NCBI GenBank assembly: GCA_043228905.1
Contig: JBHGNT010000009.1
Span: forward strand, 22,196,001 to 22,260,000
From: Azolla caroliniana
Lineage: Eukaryota; Plantae; Polypodiophyta
Direction: 5' to 3'
DNA: 64,000 bases
In this document: positions 26,542 through 37,151 of the stretch, one piece after another
How positions within the stretch are numbered: the first letter of the stretch is position 1
Layout: the number at the start of each line of letters is the position of its first letter
Notes under the pieces: generated by a model
Told to the model about the DNA's origin: nothing
What the model saw: the letters and a program-made list of their open reading frames with translations, nothing else
Databases searched by the model: none
Program-made: the position numbers and the translations under genes

Positions 26542-29500
26542 TTGTGTGTTAAAGAAATAGCTCTTTGCAGATCGTTTTGGCTGGTTTTGGTGGAGAAGAA
26601 GAACATCTTAAACTAACAACCACCATGTTCCAAAATATTTTCCCGGCTATCAATGTGAATACTGTAAGTGATACACCAAGTATATTTCTCTATGGAAGGT
26701 TTATTTTACAAGTTAACTACCAAACTTATGTCTATTAGCTATTTAGAATCCCTTGTCATTTTCATAGGTCAAACTAGCAACATGCCAACGGGTTGTGTTG
26801 CTGAGTTATAATAAGGAGACAAAGCTCATAGAGTTCCGGCATTACTCGATTAATCTTCAGCCTTCAGGAGTGTCACGACCCTTGAGGAAACTGGTTCAGA
26901 ATCGGAAAATTCCCGACTTGAGGGGTTTTAGTGATGTCAGTGATTTTGTTACAAAGTATGTATTTACATCTTGATTAATATGAATTTGGATACGTAGAAG
27001 GAATAATATTTAAACACTATATATGTATACCTGTTTGTATGGAATATATTATACACAGAAATAGAATTTGTAGAATAGGAAAATGTCAAAAATGATAAGT
27101 GAAACATGTTTCCAGAATTTATATCATGAAATCTGCACAAAAACATGCAGGTGATAAAACTATTAGACACTCTTCGAAATGAATATGCGTATTGAAGGTT
27201 AAGCTTGCAAAAAGGTTTTCTTGTTTGTCCTGATTGATGCATTTGTGCCTCTGTTTTGCCACATTAATGTCAGATGGTATAGAAGGTCATCATTTTATAT
27301 CATGAAATCTGCACAAAAACATGCAGGTGATAAAACTATTGGACACTCTTCGAGATGCATATGCGTATTGAAGGTTAAGCTTGCAAAAAGGTTTTTTTGT
27401 TTGTCCTGATTGATGCATTTGTGCCTTTGTTTTGCCACATTAATGACAAATGGTATAGAAGGTCATGATGTTATATCATGAAATCTGCACAAAAACATGC
27501 AGGTGATAAAACTATTGGACACTCTTCGAGATGCATATGCGTATTGAAGGCTAAGCTTGCAAAAAGGATTTTTTGTTTGTCCTGATTGATGCATTTGTGC
27601 CTTTTTTTCGCCACATTAATGTCAGATGATATAGAAGGTCATGATGTTATAAATAATATAGTGGAGAACATCGCAGATCATACATTATTAATGCATGAGA
27701 AATGATAAAAATTAGTAAAGGGCACAGCACAAATTCAACTTAGAAAGAATAATGTTTTGTGACGATGACTTGCAGATGCCGGAGCAAAACGGTATATATA
27801 TATGGCTGATGTCTGTATTTTGTGTTTCTTTACAAATGGAAACTGCTACTCATTGTAGATTCAGTTAGGGTAAATAATACAAGATATGTAAACATTGCCC
27901 GGAAGCTGTAGTAAACTAAGGGTTTGAATCTGCTTTCGTCAATGATCTGGAGTATATTTGTTTTTTTATTTCGCATATATTACAAGTGGGTGTCCTATGA
28001 AAATTCCCAATTTGTGTCATCTTCATCTTGTTTGATGCTCTCATTGACTAATTAGAGAAGACATTTCTCCCCCCTTTGTTATCAGTTTATTGAATCTTTG
28101 TAGAGTTTCTAGTTAACTATTTGATAAAAATGTTGTGTAATTTTCTGTAGGGCAGGGTATGGATCGGAAAGTGAGGCGGAAGATGAAGCTGCAACTATTC
28201 AGTTGTCTACTGATATTGGGCGTTTAAATCGTCAATCTCAAAGAAGTGCTGTAAAACTTCAAGAGATTGGTCCACGTATGACCATGCAACTTGTGAAGGT
28301 CGAGGAGGGTCTATGCTCGGGTGCTATCATTTTCCATGAGTACAGTAAGATTCTGTCCTTACATACTGCTATCTAGTGGGATGAAAATTATAAGCAACAG
28401 ACTTCAATCAGATTATATCAGCTGATTTTGTTAATATTTTATTAATGCAAGTAAGCTCAGATTTTATGCCATAATTAATCACCAAATTTGGTGTGTTTTT
28501 CTTTGAATAACATATACAAAATTACAGATTCAATATTGTTTGGAAGTATGAATGCCAGGTTAATTATATATTATTTATGGTTATGTACTAGATAATTAAT
28601 TGTTATATAGTTAAAAGAAAATAGTAAACTACAGTAAATGGATGTTATTAATGTAATATGCAGTGGACAGTGATTTTCTAAATTTGAAAGATTAGGTTAT
28701 GTTATAATTTCTGTATAGCACAGAGGGTTAGTCATGTGATTTATTTCTGTATGATGTATAAGTGGGTTAACCCTGATATTCAAATGATAAAACTGTATGA
28801 CTTTTATCATTAGGTATAATAAAGATAGGTGGATTTACATCATAAGATTATGGCTGAATTACTACAATGATCTTAATCTTAAACAAGTGAACGTTTTTTC
28901 TAGTAAAAAAGACACCAGAAGAAATTGCGGAATTAAGAGAAAGTAAGGAGCAGAGAGAGGCTTTGCGGAAGCAACGTCGGGCAGAACAAGATGCAAATGT
29001 TGAGAGAAAAGAGTAGGCTATACTTTCATCTTGTTTTAGGATAATCTTTACTGTGGTTATTGTGGTCTTAAAATCGTGCGTGCAGGTTATTGAAACAAGC
29101 CCGAAAGAAAAAGCAGAGAAAGGTTCATCAGAATGATGCGAATAACACTGCAGTTGAGAATCCAGAAGATGAGAAGGATGATGCTTATTGGTACAGGCAA
29201 GAAACTGGACAAGAGCCAGATGCAGGTCAGTGAACATGATGCAGTTAAACTTAAATTTTCGTATATTTTATGGTGATGACAGATGGTTTTGCTCAATAGT
29301 TTGTCAATGTGTATTATTTGGTGTGATGGTTAAACTAGTTATTTGTTGTATTTCAGAATTTTTAAGTAGTATACCAAAGAGAACTCCAAAACCATCTATA
29401 AGTAAAGGATCTGGATTGAAAGTGCGCGAAATGAAGGCAAAGAAAAATAGATCAAATAACAATGATACCAGGGGTTTTCAAGCTAACAAGAGAAAGAGAG

Positions 29501-29619
29501 CCTCAGGCAAGACTGACATGGGTAACGGCATGGCAGACAAAATTATATCTCAGAGGAAGAGGAAAGAGGAGGCAAACAATAAATCTAGCCAGACAAGGAA
29601 AAAGAGACGAACAGGATGA
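25414..29619 (+). CDS. PPAN: Peter Pan-like / Ssf1 Brix-domain ribosome biogenesis protein, 9 exons, ~467 aa
   Basis: Exons 25414-25440, 25617-25775, 26239-26469, 26571-26663, 26768-26955, 28151-28344, 28904-29012, 29086-29225, 29357-29619; all introns GT-AG with compatible phases, total 1404 bp. Motifs: VPRSFVI, DLRKLMQPHTALHLKEKKRN, GPLGVSHF, PRGPTLTFKI, MFQNIFPAINV, IEFRHYSI, GYGSESE, AVKLQEIGPRMTMQLVKVEEG. Confidence 0.93.
25437..25444 (-). promoter_or_regulatory. Telo-box (AAACCCTA) straddling the exon 1 / intron 1 junction of PPAN
   Basis: TAGGGTTT at 25437-25444. Telo-boxes are a known feature near the start of plant ribosome-biogenesis genes. Confidence 0.45.
27120..27650. repeat. 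176-bp tandem triplication in PPAN intron 5
   Basis: atatcatgaaatctgcacaaaaacatgcaggtgataaaactatt starts at 27121, 27297 and 27473. Confidence 0.9.
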
Positions 29620-30419
29620 CAACTGAGCTTAAGAAATTGTCTTTAGTATAGTTTTTGGGCACAGCCCTTGCAAAGATGGTTGTCGCTATCTTTGCTGATT
29701 GTGACAAATTTCTGGACAGTATCTGGTTAAGAGCCCTCCTTTGTGCTCTCTCTGGTAGTGATCTAAGGAGTTGTGTGTAACTTTGTTTCCAAGGCATCTA
29801 TCTTTGTGAACAAAGTAATATGAGATTTACTCTAAAATGCCCACAATTTTGTATCTCGTTCCAAAATTTCATAAAGAAGTTTTTTCATCCAACTTCTCAT
29901 GTTGATTCCATGGAATCAGTCTTGACTGTGCATGCAACAGCACCACTATTTCGTATTAACAGAAGTATTATGTAATGTAATACCCTGCTTCGAATCTTTA
30001 TGCCTTGAAGGTAAGGCTGTTCTTGGTATTTTAACTGTACAACCAAAGGAAAATGTTCTATTCGGATGCTGGAGGGTGAAATTGACTGTACGAACCCTCA
30101 AGTTGTTACGAAGTACTTCAACCAAAGATAACGGTTGGGAACTATCAAGAGAGTTGAAATGAAAACTGCAATCTCGTTGTATCTAGGTGTTGAATTTGCT
30201 CTATTTAAAACTTTTGCAACTGTGTTAATAAATAAATATATACAAAGCTCTGAATGCAAGTGTACTTGCCCTAATGCCCCCAAGTGATCCCCCTTGTTTG
30301 AGATTTTTGCTGCAAGTGGGTCTCCCTAATACCTTCGGTGTCATGCTCCCACAGAACACAACCCAAAACCCCCATTACATGATCAAATCTGAATGCCTTG
30401 ACCAACAACAAAATTGGAA

Positions 30420-30660
30420 CAATTTAGCTTCTTGGATCAATAAATGATCTTTGGCCTATCTACATCATGAAAGACTTGCACCACACCATTCTACTGCTCA
30501 CCCATTGATGTTCTCAATTAGTACAAGGATGTGTTTGCGTGATCTTAAGAAGACATGGAAGGTTTGAACCCATTGCTTCTATGAGGTGGCTACCAACATG
30601 AGTTAGAGCTTTGGATAGATGCCACCCCAACTATATTGCCTTGTCAAGAACACTACCTAG
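30420..30660 (+). mobile_element. Tiny gypsy pol remnant
   Basis: gtacaaggatgtgtttgcgtgatcttaagaagacatggaaggtttgaaccc translates YKDVFA*S*EDMEGLNP, similar to the YKDVFAWSYEDM-G-DP motif that precedes gypsy RT. Confidence 0.45.
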
Positions 30661-31429
30661 CTTAGTATGATTATGGTCATTCTTGGGAAGAAGGGGAAGT
30701 TGTGAGCATTGGTTGTCAAGTAAAAGTTCAATGTTGCTACAATCACCAATCCTTTTCCTCTCCATTATCACCTCCATCTTGGATACAATAGCAAGCCATG
30801 GAATGTACACATAAAATTGAGGAACAATTTGGTAATATTGGGAGAGTGAGTGGGATATCTATGTATATGCTTTTATTCAATGTAAAGGTATCTCTACACA
30901 TGCCCTAAAGACTGTGTGTTCACACACAAAGTGCATCATTGAGCTTGTTACCTCAACAAACTATAGACAAGCTCAAAGAAACAATGAAAGCTTTCCATGC
31001 CTTGGAGGAAACTCTCACTAGCATGATCCAAGAACATGAATTGATGAGTGCGAAGAAACGATTGCCACAAGAATGACATACATTACAATATATGCCACTA
31101 TTATCGTGCACTTGTTTGTTATGCACACATGATGTAAGTGAGGGTAGGTCACTAATATTTACAAATCATATGTGAAAGTTATATTCACTAATGTTAGAAA
31201 GGGACTAATGTGATTGGATAGAGGGAATGATATGTGCATACAATATCATGATCCTGACAACCAATTGATGGAGAATTTCTTAGAAAGTTATATCTATTTA
31301 ATGGTCCTAGGAAGAAGTATAAATATGAGGCCTCACGAGTCGTTACCCTCAAAAAACACATTACATCCAAATGTTGAAATTTTGAGACACCAGTGGTGCA
31401 AGATAGGCTTTTGTCTCAACGATCATGTT

Positions 31430-31853
31430 TAATAGTCGGCAACTTTTCGGTTTGAACCGAACCGAATCGTGAAACCGCGGCTTAACAATTTAAATGGTTC
31501 GGTTCGGTTTCAACGGTTAGAAACTGCGGTTTAAACGGTTTAATGGTTTTTTAATTTTTTAATAAAAATAATCTTTTCATTTTTAAGCCTAATTCTCACA
31601 TTTTAGAAAAAACTTTAAAATTTTGAAAAATTTAAATTTAAAATATTAAAAATTTGAAATTTGAAATTTGACCTATGGTGAAAACCGAAACCAAACCCTG
31701 AAATTGTGGTTTTAACGGTTTGAATTTTTTAAAATGGTTTCGATTTAAACGATTTCAGTTCAAATGGTTTCGTGGTTTGGTTCAAGTTTCAAAATTTTTA
31801 AACGGTTTAGTATTGACATTCTCAAACCAAACCGAACCGTTGCTGATTTGTTA
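31430..31853. mobile_element. MITE of the same family as 24779-25237, opposite orientation
   Basis: Termini taatagtcggcaa and ttgctgatttgtta; the left part (gaaaccgcggcttaac) is the reverse complement of the first copy's right part. Confidence 0.8.
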
Positions 31854-34153
31854 ATCTTACCTCATCCAAGGTACACGTCTGTTGGGGATAAAGGCCCCAA
31901 GGACTCACATTTTGTATATGAAAGTTCCCTTCAAGAGCTTTATAGACACATACTTTTACTATATTTTTGGACCAAAATTGGGGGGTTATTATAGGCATTT
32001 ACATTATCTTTATAACTTTTGGCCATTGGCCATGTGTGAACATGTCCAAATGACCTAAAAGTTACTTATAAATAAAAATTGGCCTCAAATCTCTCATGAT
32101 GAGATAGGGACTTTAGTGGCTAGGTTTTCCTCTCCATTCATAGTTTTCTCTACTTTCTCTCTCCTCACACAACATCCCACTCCCTTAATGTTTTGGATCT
32201 AACCACACCATCACGTCATTGTCTTTCAACTAGTATTAGAGTGAGAGAATTTGTCTCATCAGGTGATTGTGCACAAAACAGTAGGTGATTTTACCTTTTT
32301 TGGTGATTTGTTTTTAAACTATTCAAGTGCAAACATGACTACTACCTCATGTGATCTCAAAATCTTGTTTGAGATCAGGAGATTTGAAGGTAGTGGTTTT
32401 GATTTATAGAAAGAGAGAGTGTTAGACATTCTATTTCTTAAAGATTGTGAAGGGGCACTTCTTGAAGTCAAGCCTAATTGCAGATATTACAAAGCTGAAT
32501 TAGAAATCAAAATACACAAGTGACAAGAAGAAAAAGGACATTGAGCAACCATGGACATGTATATCTTGGAAATAACCATGCTTGTTCTATTGAAGGTATT
32601 GACATAATGCACGTCATTGTGGATGGTACTAATGAGCTGATTTTGCATGATGTAAGGTATGTACCAAGCATCAAGAAAAGTTTATGTTTGTTGGACAAAT
32701 GGATATAGTACCCTCTTTGAGGAAGGGTCATGGAAGCTTATCAAAGGTTCTAGGTTAATTTGTTAAAGGTACAAAGAAAGGGACTCTGTATTGCTTGCAT
32801 GGTAAATCTTTGATAGGCAAGTTTATTGCTTTGGCTAAAATCCATTCATAAATGGAATTATGGCATAAAAGATTTGGCCACATGAGTCACAAAGGCCTTC
32901 ATAAACTATGTAATTTGAACAAGTTTGATGTGCTAAAGGCTCAAAAGGTGATTTTTGTAATCAATGCCAATATGGTAAGCAAGCAAAGAATTCCTACTAC
33001 TTTGGTGTCTCTTGTAAGCCTAATCTTCTTGATTTAGTTCATTTTGATGTTTGTAGCATGGCCACCAAATCTATGAGGGGTGCCATTTTTTGTATTTTTT
33101 TTATCGATGACTACTCTAGGAAACTTTGAGTATATTTGTTAAAATCTAAGTATGAAGACTTTGCTACATTTAAGAAATTTCATGCATTTGAGATCACCCA
33201 AACAACTAGAAAGCTGAAATGCTTACACACAGATAATGGGGGAGAGTTTGCAAGTGTTGAATTTAAAAGATTTTGTGAAAATCTTGGTATTATGAGGGAG
33301 CTAACAATCTTAAACAACCCCTCTTCCAATGGTGTGGTTGAAAGGTATAACAAGACTTAATGTGAAAGGATGAGATGCATGCTATCCACAAATAATCTCC
33401 CTATTGGATTTTGGGGAGAGGCCTTGAAAATTGCAGCTCGTGTTTGCAATAGATCCCCTCATATGTCCTTAAAAGGTGGCATTCCTGAAGAGGTTTGGTC
33501 TAGCAAACTAGCTTCATATGACCACATATGCATCTTTGGTTGTGATGCTTTTCAGCATCTAAGGCTTGGGTTGAGAAGAAAGTTAGATGCTAAGTCCATG
33601 AAAGGAATTTTTATTGGTTTTGGAGATGACGGTGAAATGGGCTACAAGATTTGGCTACCTCAACTCAAGAAGGTAATACACAACCGAGATGTTGTAATTA
33701 ATGAGGCAAGTTTGCTAAAAAATGATTGTGCCTCTAAGTGTGACCATAAAGAATTAAATTTTAGTATGTACAACCACAAGTTAGATCTGATATGAACCCT
33801 CAAGATGCACCACATTTGGCTGGAAATAATGAGCCAGTGGTTATTGACCCAAATGATGTTGGACAACAAAATGAGGCTCTTTATGGGCTTATGCAACCAC
33901 CTATTCATGTTGAAAACAAGGTTGAAAATGAAGATGTCAATGAAACACCTTGGGGAAGCTGAGCATATTCTGTTGGATCTAGACCCACTCAAGTGGAGCC
34001 CATGACATGGAGTTGGCTGAGAGCCAGCTACCAACTCAGTGTCAAATCGGCTAGGTACCGATTCGGGTTGAGTGTTGAATCGGCTAGGTGTCGATTCAGG
34101 TTGAGTGCTGATTCGGCTCAGAGCTAAAGAAAGGAAAAAGTTATATTTGTTTA

Positions 34154-34156
<3 letters not shown>

Positions 34157-34217
<61 letters not shown>

Positions 34218-34285
34218 TGTATGTATGTATGTATGTATGTACGTTCTTTTATGTGTCCTCTTTTTCTTGTGTGTGTGTGTGTGCG
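34157..34285. repeat. (TA)n(TATG)n and (TG)n microsatellites within the LTR of B
   Basis: Direct reading. Confidence 0.9.
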
Positions 34286-35699
34286 CGCCTTTTTCATATG
34301 TTTATGTGTGAATGCAGATACGAAAAGAGGAGACGTTACCCCAAAAAGGCTGATAAAAAGAAGGTATAGATAGAAAAACAGAAAGAGAGAAAACTAAGAG
34401 ATAGATAGAGAAAACAAAGCGTGATACAGAATTTTTTTTGCACATGAGTAAATAGAAGTAAGGTTGAAAAACAAAGATTTGAGAAGCCTAGGAGAGGTGT
34501 GTGAGAGAACACAAAAAAGCTTCTGCAAGAAACCAGAAACAAGTAGGAGATCTCGAGAAAGGGGTGATCGAGAGAGAGAACTCGTTGCAAGAGTGAAGAC
34601 GGAGATCTAATGAGGTCCTGTCTGGACTACCCAAAGAGTCACATCAACTCTTCTGTCCACTTGTAACAAGTTTATTTGTTTTTGGTTTTTTTTTGTTGTT
34701 TATCCCATCCGGTAGGGTGAATATTGTACAACCAATGGTGTAGCCTTGAAATATATTTGCATACCTCTAGTGTAAGTTCTAGAGGCTGTCAACACCTTGT
34801 ATACTTAGAAAATAGTGAATCTATTTCGGAACCTAAGGTTCCCGTGGTTTTTCCCATTTTTTGGGTTTTCCACGTTAAATTTCTATGTACTCTCATTTTT
34901 GTCTTGTGGTTTCATCTATTTGGAAACTTGTGTTGGTAGTGTAAATCATCCCGTTTCGGATCCATATTCCTAACAAGTGGTATCCGAGCTGTTACGGGCA
35001 TGACCATATAATATCCCGTGGTGAGAATTGTCGTAGTATTCTATACACGTGGATAAGTGTGAGGGTTAAACAAAGAGTCTAAAGAAGGGGAGGATTACTT
35101 TTAATCCTCGGGATTGAGACAACCCATGAGGCCAAGTGTGAACATGGCTGGGGGCCTTGAGAATTACTATAAATAAGAGGCCTAGCTACCCTCATTTGGG
35201 CATGCATTGACTACGTCGAGACTCTGTCCGTGAGTGGAACGACTCTTGTAGCAAGCGCGCTATCGTCCAGGTACGACTCGACGCCAAGGCGGTGGTATGG
35301 GACGCCGATCGAGGCTCGAGTCCGTCTCGATCCCTTCGCTCAGGGGTGGTCGGGTGGATCAACACCCTTCTTTCTCTCTTTTCTCTCTATTCTTTCTAGA
35401 TCTATCATTGATATATCCTTATTTTATGCTTACTTTAGTACCTAATCTCTAATATTTGGTATCAGAGCCTATGTACTAACGTTTCTTTTGGTTTTCTTTT
35501 TGTCTTCGCGTGGGATGGCGATTGATCGTTGTGCGGTCGCCTTCATGCAGACAAGGATTAGCGAAAGAACTTCGGTAAATTTTCCTTAATTTTTTATCTA
35601 ATTTTTCTTCTCCCTTCTATACATGTGTATACTTAATATGTAGTTTTTTTTTCATATATTCAATGATGTTGACGTGGTATTTAATTGGTTATCTTAAAC

Positions 35700-35965
35700 G
35701 TTTACATATGTCCACGAGGTCAATACCTCGTTTGACATATAAATCATATGTGATGAGTGTCGTATGCGTACGAGGTTACTACCTCAATTGCGTATTACGT
35801 TCACGAACATATGTTACGTTCGCGTACGAGGTCAATACCTCGATTCGTTCGAAATGATATGCGTTGGATTTACTATGCGTAAGAGGTCAATACCTCAATT
35901 GCGAATTACGCTTAACCTTATTTTCGGATGTTTCGTGTGCGTAGAGGTATATGCCTCGATTACGT
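35700..35965 (+). repeat. Five regularly spaced palindromic GAGGT-N4-ACCTC-type repeats in the leader of element C
   Basis: GAGGT starts at 35716, 35772, 35828, 35883 and 35944 (spacing 56, 56, 55, 61); the intervening sequences are dissimilar. Confidence 0.75.
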
Positions 35966-37151
35966 ATCCCGAATACATCATTGTTGGCTATATAAAAAAA
36001 ACGATTCATTTAGTATACGCATATGTGGTCACTTATATACGTCTCTGATCGTATATATGTGATATATTGACATATGTGTATATTTTAGATTACGTGATTC
36101 ATATCAAATGTTTTCCTAATTGGGGAGAGGATTTTGGTGGCCGTCCTCACATTTTTGTGAGAATGGCGTTGTCACCATCCCTTTTATCAACAATTTTTAT
36201 TGTTGAAATTCCCGTTGGTCACTTTGATCTTTCGTTACGTAACGAACCTCGTATAGCCAAAATGATGTTGAATACGTCGGGCTTGATCCACATCAAGTAG
36301 GGTCGCTCTAATGACACACGTATCCAACATCTCCCCTCGTTACATGGATACGATGCCACCATGAGCTCGTTCTTACGAGCGCCATTCGTAATGACGTGAC
36401 CATGTGATGGGCCACATGAGCCTACGAAGACACAAGGGCTCATTCGGCTTGACCATTAGGTTACACTTTGGCATATGCCATTGTACTTACGAGGCTTGAG
36501 GGTAGGTAGCGTACAACCATAGTGGGTAATAAATGAGGGAGAAATAAGGCCACTTGACCTATATGTTTCTTTTAAAAAAACATATAGGGGCAAATGCCTC
36601 GCATATCTCGAATACGCCTCAAACATTAAACATTCAAGACGCGCAATCTACTTGGTTGGCTCAAGTGTTTAATGTATTTGTCCTCGAGGTCTCGAGTTCA
36701 AATATGACCAACACCATACAACATCGTTGATACATATGACTATAATACATGTTTAGACTTTAGGTCTAAGTGCACTTCGGGGTCCTCGTAATAGGACTTA
36801 AAGAGCCGAAACCACATATGTGGGCACAGAAACATAGTTATTGTTAACATTTTTTTCGTGTATAAACTATTCATGACGCGAACATACATGGTTGAGCCTC
36901 GGGGAGCCGCCATGAAAAAAATCGATATAGAGATCAGGGAAAGGCATTCATTTGTCACCCCCATGGTTTTTAAAACACCTCTGTGTTACCATAGTAACCT
37001 GATCTTGAACCTCATCTCATACGTCTAGAGGGGTATTGACGTGAGATCATGATATCGATTAATGTTTGCCCATGATATGTTTACACCACGACAAGATGTT
37101 ATGACTATTTGTCTGACCTTATCTTATTTCTTTGCCAGAAATAATCATTCA

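Noticed and set aside
35700-35965. Calling the palindromic array a true CRISPR locus
   Set aside because: Eukaryotic retrotransposon context, no cas genes, and short degenerate repeats. Kept only as a CRISPR-like architecture finding.
36650-36716. tRNA-like A/B-box pattern in the leader of C (tggctcaagtg...gagttcaaat...cacca)
   Set aside because: Cannot fold a cloverleaf, and the segment is better explained by a local stem (acattaaaca/tgtttaatgt).
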